Origin: Zygnema circumcarinatum SAG 698-1b
Taxonomy: Eukaryota > Plantae > Zygnematophyceae
Length of the DNA: 64,000 nt
NCBI GenBank assembly: GCA_037447605.1
Contig: CM074805.1
Coordinates: 898,062 to 962,061, forward strand
Direction: 5' to 3'
Shown here: piece after piece, positions 36,559 to 51,692 of the stretch
Layout of the letters: the number at the start of each line of letters is the position of its first letter
Numbering within the stretch: position 1 is the stretch's first letter
The notes under the pieces: generated by a model
Seen by the model: the letters and a program-made list of their open reading frames with translations, nothing else
Told to the model about the DNA's origin: nothing
The model's database searches: none
Position numbers and translations under genes: made by a program

Positions 36559-39500
36559 ATGGATACGCCGCAGCAAGAACTCGTTTTGGCAGGAGACGAC
36601 TCGCCAGTTGTGCTGACTGAGCAGTCCGTGAAAGTTGCTGTGAATATCCGTCCACTGATTGCGTCGGAGGTTGCAAGTGCCTGTCAGGAATGTCTCGCAG
36701 CTGTTCCAGGCGAGCCGCAGGTGAGCCAGCAGAACACAGATTTGGAAGGAGCAAGCGTCCTGTCCGGGGAGCATGTTTGTGCTGGTTTACTGAAGGAGGA
36801 ACAGGTTGTAGAAAATGGAGGCTTAGAATGTCTCAAGCCGCAGATTGTAGAAAATGGAGGCTTAGAATGTCTCAAGCCGCAGGTTGTAGAAAATGGAGGC
36901 TTAGAATGTCTCAAGCCGCAGGAACTTCATATCTTGCTTGTAGTTCGTCGATTCCTTTTGCTTTGGTATAATCTCCTCTTGTTAGATGTAATCTTGTAGC
37001 AGATGGTCTGAGTATGCGTTGGCGGAAAGATATCCTGAACGCGGTTTAAGTCTTTAAAATTGACCGTCCTCATCCTTTCACCTGTGGGCTTGGTACCTCT
37101 CCTTCAGTCTGACAATGAAAAGTCAACGTTACATCAGATTGGCCATTTTCCAGCTTATTAGTCGGTCAGTCGTTTTTTGAAAGGCTTGTGAATATGCAGA
37201 ATTTGTACTCCGATAGCTCTTTCAGAGACGTCAGAATCAAAATATTGTGTGTATGTAGGACGATGGCTTTTGATTAGAAGTTAGTTCAATAGTCGCCAGG
37301 GAGTGCTAGGAACAGAAATGCAACTAGCCGTCTGAGCACTCAGTGTAAAAGTACGGTACAGCGCAGAGCTTAGCGTAGCGTAGGTGGTTGGGAAGCCTGT
37401 GATCGATTGAAATGCTTACCAAAAGCAGAACTCTTTGTATTCTTCATACCCCTTTCAACGTCAGTACTTGTGGCGATTTGAGACTGCGAAGTGAAATTTC
37501 ACTCATCTAGTTTATTTTCTTTGCGCCAATTCACTTGTTGTTTTGCATCCTGCTGCCTCTGCACTCCCTTTTTCATAACATTCGATACGTTATTTTAGTT
37601 TCATAGTTTTAATAGAGTACTTGTCGGGTTAGAGTCCTGATATCCTGAATATTTCACAAAAGAATATGGATTTTGTGTGATTATACAGGTGCAAGTAATA
37701 CCTTTGCGGGCGGCTTTCACCTTCGACCATGTCTATGGCGGTGGGGGGATTCCCATGTCCCGCCTGTTTGATGAGTGTGTTCAGCCTCTCGTGGATGGCC
37801 TCTTCCAAGGCTACAATGCGACTGTTCTTGCTTACGGACAGGTAATTAATGAGGGCATATTTCAGGTCTAATGCCAATTTACAACTAAGAAATTTGTGTT
37901 CCCTCCTCGATAGGATGGTGGTTAATTTGTTCCTTAGATTTCAGCAAGTCCCGCAGACGTGAATCCTCATTAGCATATGAGATAGAGCTGAACAAATATC
38001 ACGAAAGAGCTTTCCTAAATTGAAGTCTTTGTTGGATATGGTATTTTTGCAGACGGGATCAGGGAAATCCTACACCATGGGAACTGGATATTCGGTGAAT
38101 GGAGGCTTAGACCAAGGTGTCACTCCACAGGTCATGAATAGCCTCTTCGAACGGGTGGAGAGGCTGAAGCCCAGAGCGCGATTCCATATTCGCGTTTGTC
38201 TCATCGAGGTGTGTATGTACATAATAATGTACTCTCCATTTAGGATCGCATAGGTGGTTTCGTTTGATCAAGTGATAAATTCTTTATGACTTAATACACA
38301 CAATTGTCATTTTCATTTTCTATTCTTAACTCGCTAGATTGCATCATGACTTCCTTAGACATGACTGCTTGCCTCTGGCTCTCTTTCAGCTGTTGAAATT
38401 GTTCTAAGCTTGACTCTGTGACTATGGAGGGACGTGAAGCAGCCTCCACTGTGAGGTTCAGAGGGTCACCTAAGGGACTTAGACTTGACCATGGACGATG
38501 ACAAAAAGTCGCTAAATTTATTGACAATGCAAACTGTCTCGTCGTTTGAGTTTACAGGTGCACAATGATGAAATCAGGGACCTTTTGGATCTCTCTATGG
38601 AGACAATTGGATCAGGAGGAGCGTCACCTGCGTGCTTTCCCAGCACACCTAAGAAGCCGCCCCCAATTCAGCTAAGTGAAAAGCAGCCAATCACCATCAG
38701 AGAACTTGCGGGTGGAGTGGCCCTTGTTGGAGCAACAGAGGTGGAAGTGCATTCGCTTCAAGATATGGTGGAGTGTCTTGAGAACGGCCTCCTCTTCCGT
38801 GCTACTGGCAGTCATCTAATGAACGCACGCTCAAGGTAATTCTCTACAAAGCACACAACTTGAAAAAAATGTACTAAAAAGGCTGTGCTGCAAAGTTTCC
38901 GACGCAGCTTCCATGTCATGCTTGTGACTACTTTAGGCCCTTCTGTGAGTAGTGAAGGCTCGGAGTTTTCGCTGTGTTATCTCATTCTTTACTACTTGGC
39001 CATGAGGAAGGGTTACTCATTTAAGTCAAGTAAACATTTATTAGTTTGGTCACTCGACACTTTTGTATTATGCATAAGTTGTGTCATCCCTATAATCAGC
39101 AGAAAACTATGGATTAGGAGAAATTGGAACAAGGTATGTGATGGACTTCCATCCTGTGGATGAGTCTGACATACAATCTACGTTTGGCTATTTGGTGCAG
39201 CCGAAGTCACGCGATTTTCACAATTACAGTCGAACAGCAAAGGTGGCGCAGTGAACTCGAGGCGGGGGTTGAGGAGCCCGGAGAGTATCTGTCTGCAAAA
39301 ATGCATTTGGTGGATTTGGCAGGCTCCGAGCGCATAAAGCGTACAAAGGCAGAGGGTCTTCGTATGAAGGAAGGTAGGTGGCGGCAAATGTGTCTTTTTT
39401 TTTTAACAATGGCAGGAGCTGGTGTTTTGCAGTGATGCTTAGTTTTGAAGAGTTTTCAATGGTTTATATAGATCTCAGAGGATTCGCGACTATAGTGACC

Positions 39501-42500
39501 AAGGGCCGCTTCCACTTCTGGGCTGATTCTCTGTAACTCTTCTGGCAGGCATTCACATTAATAGGGGACTTCTTGCATTAGGAAACGTGATTAGCTCATT
39601 GGGCGATGAAAAGAAACGACGAGAAGGTGGCCACGTGCCATATAGAGACAGCAAACTCACTCGTCTTCTCCAGGTGAGACATCTGATTAAAGTGGCACTG
39701 CAAAACTTCAGAATCTTGTGATTAGCAATTATGTGGTTTTTGAGGGCAAGAGGCAAAACTTGAACTCTAACGTGGTGGGATGTAATATAGCACAAAATTT
39801 CGCGTGAGTCAGAAGCTTGGAGTGCTTGCATATGATTTTCATCAGGTACGGTGTGGGAGGACAGAGTTAGTTATTTGGCTGAACTGGGGTTCATGCAGCG
39901 ATTGAGATGGTCTGGTTTAAAAACAGTGTTTCTTGATTCCTATAACAAACATGTAGTAGTAATGTGGTTGGTTGTACAGGATTCGCTGGGTGGAAACAGC
40001 AGAACTGTCATGATTGGTACGTGACCACTCTTGCCCCTTCCAGTTAAAACTTGTTGTCCCAAGTTGTACTGGATATTGAAAAAGCACTCCTAACTGTAGT
40101 TCATCTGGGATACTTTCATGTGTTACTACCGAGAAGAGTACGTATGCGCTCCTGTCATGGGAAGTGACTGGTTGAGGACAGGGTTATACTGTAGGTTGCA
40201 TAGCCTCATCGGGTGCCCAACTGATAGTTTGCTTCAGCGGGTCTGAGGTTGCCAGCAATTTCTTTTGTGTTTTTGCTGCAAAGACTAGGGTGGCTGACGA
40301 TAACTGACCAAAGACTCGAATGAAGTCATAGTGAATTGGATATCAACTGTGGGGACGTTGTAAGGCGTTCAACTAGCATTGGAGATAGCAGTCATTGAGC
40401 CACTGGGAGGCTGCTCAATTGTAGCATAAGCAAGTGTGGGATTGCCCGGTTGGCAATGCAGCTTGTGTGAGCCCAGCAGACACCAACCTTGAGGAGACTA
40501 TGAACACCCTCAAGTACGCTAATCGCGCCCGCAACATAGAAAATAAGGCAACGGTAAAGCTCTCTTCCAAGGACTCATGGAGCAGGAGAAATGGCAACGG
40601 AGAGGGTGCAGAATGGAGCATGTTGGTCCCGTTTCTGCTGCATGTTATCCCTGTTGGGCTGCATGTTGAGCATATATGATGACTTTCCTTTCCTATAGCT
40701 GCATTAACATGAACCTGCAGAGGGTCTCTCTTTGAGCAGGTGAACCGATTAGGAGAGCAGCCATCGATTGAACTTCAACGCCTTCGGCAGCAGCTGTTGA
40801 TGCTGCAGGCGGAGGTAGCAGCGGCGAAGGGTAGCGTTCCAAGTGTCAGCAAATCTGGAGATGACATGCAGGTGAGGAGTTCAGCTGCTTGAAAGCAGTG
40901 ACTAAAGAGTTTTTTCAGTTGATAGATGCTGACCAGGTTGATCGCTGTAGTTGACCCACGTGATGCATTGATTACTCTTTTGCTTTGAGGTCTATGTATG
41001 CGATCATTTTCTTCAGATTTGCAAAGTGAAATAATTCCTATATCTTCTGGAAGGAGAGGCAAATTATAATAGCTTGGAGCTTTAGTCTGCCGAGTTCATG
41101 ACACTGTTTATGACTTTTTACGTATGTTACGTTAAGCATCGCAAATACGGGCAACAAGCTTCCTTCCGTCTGCCTTTTTAAAGGATAACCTGCTATTTCA
41201 ACGCATAATGAAATTAGCAGACACAATGGTGGATTGAAGAGACTGACCTGGGACTGGAAATTCTGCTTGCAGACCCTCAAGCAAAAAATGTCTTTTTTGG
41301 AGTCAACGAATGCTAAATTTCGGCAGGCATTAGTTGAGGCTCGCGAGGCACAGGCTACTTCAGCAAAGCAGGTTTCAGAACTTGAAGCTCGAAATGTGAA
41401 GCTTGCAGCGGAGTTGGCTCTCGCATTAGAAACAGCTCGGAGTGAAGCGCAGTCTGAGTTGGAGAGTAATGCCCAAACGATTGCCCAACTTCAAGCACAA
41501 TTGCAGGCCGCAAGAGCGGAAGCAAAGGCAGAGATGGAGAGGATGAAGGCTGCAGATTCTGAATTCCGATCAAAGTTTGTGGCACTGCGTGATAATGCGC
41601 GAGAAGAGGCAGAGGGATTATGGAGAAGTGAGGCACAACTTCGAGCAGAGATTGGAGCAGTTCAGGAACGTGTACACACTGAAGCGAAGCGAGTTTTGGT
41701 TGCAGAAACGGCAGAGAAACAGTTAAGGGCTCAGTTGAACGTGAGCAGAGAGCAGTTGGAGGCAGAGGAGAGGAAGGTTCAAGCAGCGGAAAGTGCCGGA
41801 AGAGCATTGCAGACAGAGTTGCTTGCACTTCAAGGGAAAGTGGAGGCTGAAACCAAAGACTTACAGGAGAAAAATGAGCTTTTGAAGACGGCATTAGCTG
41901 CTGCGCAAGAGGGAGGGAGAGCAGAAAAAGAGAGAGCTGAGAAGGCTTTGGCAGAAAACAAGCATCTTGCAGCTCGTGCTGAAGCAGCTGAGGCAAGAGC
42001 AGAAATGGAGACACAAAGAGCCATGGATGCTCAAGCAGCTGCACTTGCTGCACAATCGACCATTGTACAGCTCACATCTCAAATAATGGGGAGTAGAGAG
42101 AGTGTTGGAGTGGAGGTTGCGGCGACTAATCGACAAATGCAGACAAATTTGGTTGCTGCCCAAGAGCTCGTGCAGGTGGAGGCAACAAAGGCACTTGAAG
42201 CTCAAACTTCTGTTGCCCAACTTAGGGCTGAGGTGGCAGCAGCACAAGAGATGGTTAGGCGAGAAGAAGAGAGGAGAGAAGAGGTGCAGGCGGCCATGGT
42301 GAGGGAGCAGCAGAGGGTGGTTGAATCGCAGGAGAAGGCAGCGGAGGCCATGGCAAGAGCGAGAGAATTGGAAGGTAGCGTTGTTGCACTTCAGGAAACC
42401 ATGCGGAGAGTGGATGGAGAATTAAAGCAGGCAAGAGAGAGGATAGGAGAGGAGGAAACTAGAAGAAGGGAGGCAGATGGACAGGTCATGCAGCTCAAAA

Positions 42501-45500
42501 CAGAACTCGCTGTTGCTCAGGAAATATCGAAAGGAGCTGCTCAGAACTATCAGGAAGCATATGCTAACTTCCTGGCAGAGGGGAAAAAAGTGTTTGATTT
42601 GCAAACAAAGATGGGTGAGCTGAGCTCTGAACTTGCCGCAAATAAGGAGCGCCTTTTCGCCGCTGTGCAAGCAGCCGAAGTAGCGAACGCGAGTCTGGTA
42701 GAGGCACAGTCAGGGACGATTGCAGCGCAGGGAAAATACCAAGTGATGGTTGAGAAATGCGTTCAAGCAGAGGCTGCTGCAACTCATCTTCGCACTGAAT
42801 TGGGCCTTGCTCGAGAAACAGCGAAGCAGGAGGCTATGAAGGCGGCAAAAGCACAGTCTGAGCTTTTGGAGCTGACGAGAGAGCTCGGCGTTGCAGAGGA
42901 GAGGGCGAGGGAGGCGGGATTGAGAGCGTCACAAACTGCAGTAAGCTTCTCCATTTCCTGTTGAATGCTGCACGTGGTAAATAAAGGTCATGAAAATTAA
43001 GTCATGCCATCACCCAAGGCCGCGTCGTAACTCTTGTTACAACGCGGAGAATCTTCCTTTAGGCTTCACTGTGTGCCAGCAGCTGCCTCTTGTACTTCGA
43101 AGATGCACCTTTGTGACTGATGTTATCCACTTTTTAAAGACGTTAGCAGAGGATTCCCATTTGTGGGGTTTTTTCTGAGGTTTTTGGCGTGCATCTAAGT
43201 CTATATCCAAAGGCGTATGTTTCACCATATAGAAATATCTCTACACTTTCCGATGATATCTTCTGGCCGCCCATCTAAGCAAGTAGGTGAAAGAATTGTA
43301 CCTTCATCAGTAACCAACTTCAAGCAAGTGAACAGCCAACTCCAATTTCTGTGTGGCAGGTTGAGAGAGACGCCTTTCGTGAGGCTGCCTTTTCTGGGCA
43401 TTTAACAGACGACCATGTGAGACAGATTATTTCTCATGTTCGGACGAGGGGGGCCTCCTCCATCACCAGCTTCCGCGATGACATCTCCTCCCGCTCATCC
43501 TTTGTTGGCTCCTCATTGGATGAAGATGAGTTTGCGCAATTGGAGGGAAAAAGTGCGCAGAGATGGAGTGCTGCCACCTGCATTCAGACTTGGTGGCGCA
43601 TGTGGAGGATGAGACGAGAATTTGCAAGGCAGAAGGAGGCAGCAATTCTGATTCAGGTGAGAGGAGAGGGAGGAGGAGAGGATTAGATCTCATATGATAC
43701 TTGAGCATGCTTGTGTGAGACGAGGTGTGAAGGAATCAATTACCTGCAGTACAACTATACGGCTCGGGAGATATTGTGGCTTCGTAGTCAGCACGTGATG
43801 CTTGTATGGAAGAACATTGATATGATTTATCTGCCTTCTTCAAACTTTTCTAAAAATGAGCTTTATTTTCCATCGAGGTCAATCGCAGTTTACCGGACCA
43901 CCAATGGACAGTGTCCATTCATTGCCTTAGTTATCGTGTAACTTTTGAATTGAGTGGAGTGCATGGGGTCAGCAATTTGACGTTAATGTATTTGTTAGCA
44001 TCTACGCAATGCATGCTTGATGATTCAGTTTTCAGTCTCCATGTCACTGATTAACATGGCTTTTATGTGGAGTTACTTAAAAAGTCTGAGAATTAGGAGT
44101 GAGTGGTGCAGGGGACACTTTTGCATACGAGAAAAGTTGTCTTATACAGATTTTCGTCTGGTTTGGTTGTTGTTTTTATTAGGGCCCTTTGTCCTGTAAG
44201 TGCAGCCGTGTTTTCTGAAGCGTATTTGACTAACGGCAGCAACTCTGATGTGACGTACTTTCAGGTCCGCTGGCGATCCTATCTGGTGAAGCGAAAAAAA
44301 TTGAAAGGAGTGCGAGGGGCAGTAGGAAAGAGCAATCTCTCCGCCTCTGAAACGTCTGCTAATGCGGAGAGTAAACTGGGGAAGCCAAGCCCTATTGTCA
44401 GTTGGGGTTTTCTTGCATTGGACTCTCCGGGGAAGAGTGGTCAACGATTTGGTTTGTGGAAGGAAGCAGTGGAGGAGAAAACCTTAGCCATGAAAGAGCA
44501 GTTCATGGAGGAGAGTGGTAGCGAACGACCAGCTGCAGAAAGTAATGGATTTGTTGAGGGCCACCTTGAAGGTTCAGAATATGGAGCAGGTTTGGAGGCA
44601 AGGGACGAGTTTGGTAACTTCGATGACGAGGATGATGACATGGACAATGTTCCTGACAGCGGACTCCTCTCTGTGGATTACGATTACGAGGAGGATGAAG
44701 ATGATACGCTCGACAGTGAAGGGCATAAGTCTGACGGAGTGGATGTTAGAGACCATCGGTCTCCCAGCTCGGTCCTTGAATCAAGGTCTTCCTATTCTCA
44801 CGTTTCATTGTCAGATTCTGCCAACTCGTCATCCTTTGCGGACGAGATAGGAGAGCAGTCGGTCTCTCCCAGAGAGTCCTCTCTCCTACAGTCACGCAGT
44901 ACACCTGCAATGGCTCCTGTATCGGAAGATGAGGAGTTGGAGGATAGCAGAGATCGGCCTCCAAAGTTGAAGGGAAGTAGAAGTGTGGGTGGTGTGTTTC
45001 GCCTGCGTGTGAAGCAGAATCGGCCCACCGTAGTTGTACCAACCCAAGAAGGATATTCCGATCCACTTCTTGCTGGACAGAGACGCTTTACAAGCTCGAA
45101 TCGAAATCCTGCAAAGTCTCCGCAGAGGCCATTCTTGTCCTACAAAAAGTCATCATCCAAACAGGCTGCCCCACCTGCCCCATCTCCTGCGGCTGCCCCC
45201 TCAGACCCCCCCCCGGATAACTCAACCTCAACCTCTCCCCATAGGTTTCGGCAGGTGTCTCCTTCAAGAAGACACATGCGAAGTGTGTCATATGAGAAGG
45301 GGAGATTTTGGGGGGAGAGCAGGACTGCCACACTGGGCTTGAGCTTGGGCTCTCCTATTGGACATGAGGCTTCAAGGGTTTGGGGTTCATCTGCTCTCGG
45401 CCTCCATGGCAGCAATCAGCGTGCTCCTGCAACGCCCGCTGCTTCCCCGGTAAGGGGTGATGGGCTACGCTATTTGACAAGTGATGCAGAGTACAAGTCA

Positions 45501-45593
45501 GCAGTGGCACGTGAGAAGCTTGCGTGGGAGCCCTACGTGTTCAATAGGGGCAATTTCTCATCGCTAAGAAGAAGCAAATCTACCCCAGCATGA
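36559..45593 (+). CDS. Kinesin-4 (KIF4/FRA1-type) motor plus long coiled coil, two IQ motifs and an acidic/Ser-rich tail; 12 exons, ~1533 aa
   Basis: Exons 36559-36720, 37689-37841, 38053-38208, 38558-38835, 39201-39373, 39549-39673, 39980-40016, 40462-40553, 40740-40871, 41273-42940, 43360-43656, 44265-45593. [90 protein letters not shown]. Phases are consistent. Confidence 0.92.
36802..36918. repeat. 39-bp tandem repeat x3 in kinesin intron 1
   Basis: CAG(G/A)TTGTAGAAAATGGAGGCTTAGAATGTCTCAAGCCG repeated three times, head to tail. Confidence 0.95.
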
Positions 45594-46424
45594 TCATCGC
45601 TAGTGGCATGATGATGTCATAGCCGCCTCGCCTGTGGCTGTGCTTGGACGAGGAAAGTGATGGGCTGCATTTGGGGTTCGGGTGTGAAGCACAGGTGCGG
45701 AAAAGAAGAGAAGGGGATGGGGAGGTTGAAGGTGCGGAGGAGGAGAACTCACCCTCTGCGCGTACGGACGTGAATGCTGTGGTGGAATGAGTTACTCGGG
45801 AAGGGGACCCTTCTCTAAGGAGGGACTTCCCGGGGACGTGACTTTCACAGCAGATAGTGCTGTTCGTTTTTCCTCGTGGTTCCGCTGTTCGTGTTCCTCT
45901 GGCGGAGAAGCAAAGGAGCATCCGAGGATAATTCTTGCACGCGTTGGCACGCACAATGTGGGCTCACACGAGGCATCGCCTGCTGAAGACCACGGCTCGA
46001 CACCAGCATTTTTGTAGGTGGAGAGAGGGCACCTCTAAACAGCAGCTGAGAGCTGCTGCAATTATACTAGTTCATACAGTCTGCTGTATTTATTGAATTT
46101 TGAATAATCCCCTTGTTATAGTTACTGAGGACAAACTTATGGACTTCGAACTTGTAGATATCATTCAATTTCGTAACCGGTTGATTGGGTCTCTTATTTC
46201 TGAAGAAACGTGTAGATACGTGAAACTGGTCAGACGATTGACAGGTGTAACCAGCGGCATATGGTGGGAGTCAGTTCGGCTCACTTGGAAACGAGTTGAA
46301 GGGTCGGAGCAAGTCATGCATATGGCATCGTAACAATTCCTCTCCTGTGGGTGATCTCTACATTCTGGCTCCAATTCATCGGTCTTAATGCAAAGTTTCT
46401 GTACCATGGTCATGCCCTATTGCG

Positions 46425-46432
46425 TGACGTGG
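46425..46432 (+). promoter_or_regulatory. UPRE-type TGACGTGG about 1 kb upstream of the RAB1 ATG
   Basis: Exact 8-mer. A single short motif, so it could be chance. Confidence 0.35.
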
Positions 46433-46703
46433 TCATTTGTACGCTGTTTAATCTCTATTTTAGCCGTTGTCCATGAGAAGATCGCTCAAAAACCAACTGA
46501 ACCATGAACAAATGACATAGTGCACGCACGAGTAATTGTTTTTTTTCTCACTATTTTATTTCAAAAAAGACCAAAACTCAAAAAGGGTAGTGTTCAGAAA
46601 AGAGGCGTGTAACATAATTACAAACGACACATTCTCACACCTCCCCCTCCTTCCTCGCTTCCTCTCTGAGAGGGTCAGAGTAGTTCCTCTGGCAGAGCGA
46701 CTG

Positions 46704-46732
46704 CCATGCCATGCCATGCCATGCCATGCCAT
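46704..46732. repeat. (CCATG)n short microsatellite upstream of RAB1
   Basis: Directly visible. Confidence 0.9.
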
Positions 46733-47446
46733 GAGCCTGCCATCCATGCCCATCAAAACTGCTCCTCACCTCCCCCATCGATTACTTGCAACCGACGCCT
46801 CCTCTTGGAGCAAACAGCTTTTCCTGGTCCCCCTCTCTGCCGCCCCATTGGCTCCTCTCCCACCTACCGCTGGCCGGTTTTTCTCGGTTTTCCTCCAAAA
46901 ACTCGCCGTTGATTCGAAACTCAAAAAGAGGGTACAGCGCCCCCCCCCCCCGTCGGAAAAAAATCCAATAATTCAGAGCAGCTTTTTTGTCGGATAGTGC
47001 CGCCCGCCCTTCCGCGACGCTTCCGCCACCGTCCGATCGCGCGTCGCCAGATCCTTCGCGATCGCGTGCGTCGTCGCAGAGCGTCGCATATAGTCGCACG
47101 TCGCATGGCGTCGCCAGGCCCTGCTCCCCGGACAGGCGGGGCAGTAACCGATTGCGTCCGAAAGTGGCCTTCGGCTTTCCTCTCTGCCCTTCCCCCTCCC
47201 AGTCCCTCTCCCTCTCTCCATCTCCCTCTCTGCCTCCCTCTTCGCTCTCTACTGGCTCTGTCCTCGGCTACTTGAGCGTCCCAGGATTTTCTTCTGTGGG
47301 AAGAAAGAAGAAGCGTTTTCTGAACCAGCTCCTCTGTATTCGAAGCTTGCATAGGAAGGAGAGAGTAGGTGAAGAGGTTGTTGTTAAAGTTGCCGGCGCC
47401 GGTTGGAGTGTTGCACCAAGAGGAAGGGTGCAAGAAGCCGGGCAGC

Positions 47447-49638
<2,192 letters not shown>

Positions 49639-51692
49639 GAATATTGTCTTCGCTGCTCCGCTAGTTCAGATGGGGTCAGTGCATCGGATGTATCCTCAAA
49701 CTCTCTTTACGCTCCAAAGGCTCTGCCTGTGTAAGTATGGTTTGGTTGGTTGGGGTTCTTGTAGCGTAGTCGATGGCGGGCTAGGCATTGGAAGGAGATT
49801 TCCCAGCAAGATGGTCTAAAAGCTCGAACTTTCGGTGGCACAACTCGACATGCCCCTCCTTTGCAGCGTATGCTATAGGATGGTACTAAAGGGGGCTGCA
49901 CGATGGTTGATGGGTTCTAAACAATTGTGAGAGGGATGTTGTCCTAAGGCAGCCATTGCTAGCCGCATTCGGAAGGGGTGTTTGTAGCGGCGGGTCCTTG
50001 TAAAGCCTTGCCATGACTGATGGCTCACATTCAATCTATCCTAACTGTTTATGACTGCAATGGTGCCTCACCTTCCTGACCCCAAGACTATGGCCATTCC
50101 TTCTTGTTGCTTTGGGCCTAGCCATAGATCTATGTGCAGTCCTGCTGTTACAGTCCGGTTGCAAGGACGTACTGCGTTTCAAGAGGCTGTTCTATGAGTC
50201 CCGGTGACCTTTTCAGAGGAGCCTGCAAGCACCACCCGTGCCTCGTAGTGGTCAGGTTCTCTGCTTCTCTGTACACTTAAAGAGTGTCTGTCTCCTCTCT
50301 GAGGACTTCACGCAGTGGAGAGGGCTCGACTTACATAAAGATGGAGAGGGAACCAAGGTGTTTGGCTTCCAAGCTATCCTTGTGCTACAAGGGATCGGTG
50401 CTTCACTTTTGAAGCGGTCAGGGCATTCACAATCACGTCACAGCAGGTACTGATCCCGTGCACAGGCAAATCAAGTCACAATTGCGATTATGGCTACTGA
50501 AAAAAAAAACAGATGGTTACTTGGTTGAGTAGGGGGTGTGTGTTCCAACATTCCCCAAACATGTCCTTTTCACGGCAGTTGCTTGTTCACAGCCTTGGAG
50601 GGCTTGTGCGCGTGACTGAAGGAAGCATCGGTAGCTCGTTAGGGCCGGCGGGCGACGAGAGCAGTTGAACCAACCAGGGGCGCCTGCCTGCCACTTAGAG
50701 CGAGGTGCAGCAGCAGCCATGGCAGGGGCGCGTCCTGCAGGGATACAGCGACACGCAGCAGCCGCAGCAGCTTGCACGCCGCTGTGGGTCGTGCGGAGTG
50801 AGCCCTTGCGATAATCCTGTCTTCTGTATTTCGCGTTCTGTATGCGAAACGAAGAATGCAGAGTGAATCATTTGCATTCTTGATTGTGCATTCCACATCT
50901 CACATCATGCATGCAGAAGAAAAACGCTGAAGGAAACGCATTGTGCAAGATGCATTGTGCAGAGTGCAGAGACCTCCACCCTCGCATTTGTTTGCATTCT
51001 GCATGCGAAGTGCAAATCGCAGAATACAGCGTGCACTCTCTGCACCGAGCACTTTAGATGCACTGCACTGCACTGCACATTCAATTTTATTTACGTGCAC
51101 TCGAAATGCAACACGGGGAGTCCGCCAGTCGAGAATTCCGTACGGTACGGCCCCGTCCTTCACGACCGCGAGCGCAAGAAAAGAACGTCCGTCAGCGCGT
51201 CACACACTTCCTAGGAACCTTCGCGGAGCCGTACAGTTCGTACCGTACGGCAGACAGTCTATTTTTGTCGCCACTTGCCGCGAGTCAACGACGGCGGCGG
51301 CGCTCGCACTTGCGAACGCGCGCCCGCCTGCCCGGCCGAAAAACATTTGTTTCTGGGCAGCCCCAGCCGGGCCAGGCCGGGCCCTGATTGGCCGCCCCCC
51401 CTTCACGAAGCGTGCGACCGAGCGGCGGCCACGCCTTGAGGGCGGGGGCGGGCGATGTGGGAGAGGGAGTGGGAGAGGGAGAGGAAGAGGGAGAGGGAGA
51501 GGATTCATGGCGCCGCCCTTGCAAGGCACTCACTGCAGATGGCATGTATGTCTGTACTGAAGGAAGAGACTGCCGGGTAACTCCGTGGAAGGAGGAGGGA
51601 GGGCCCAGGGCCTTGCGGTTAGGCTCTGAATTGTATACATTGCAGTTTGGCCTTTGTATTCTGCGCTTTTCTTTCCGTGTTCATCAGTAATC

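Noticed and set aside
36802-36918. CRISPR-like 39-bp repeats
   Set aside because: Head-to-tail with no spacers, in a eukaryotic intron, with no cas genes.
45594-46020. Coding-looking purine-rich sequence after the kinesin stop
   Set aside because: All three plus frames have stops and there are no recognisable motifs. Treated as 3' UTR.
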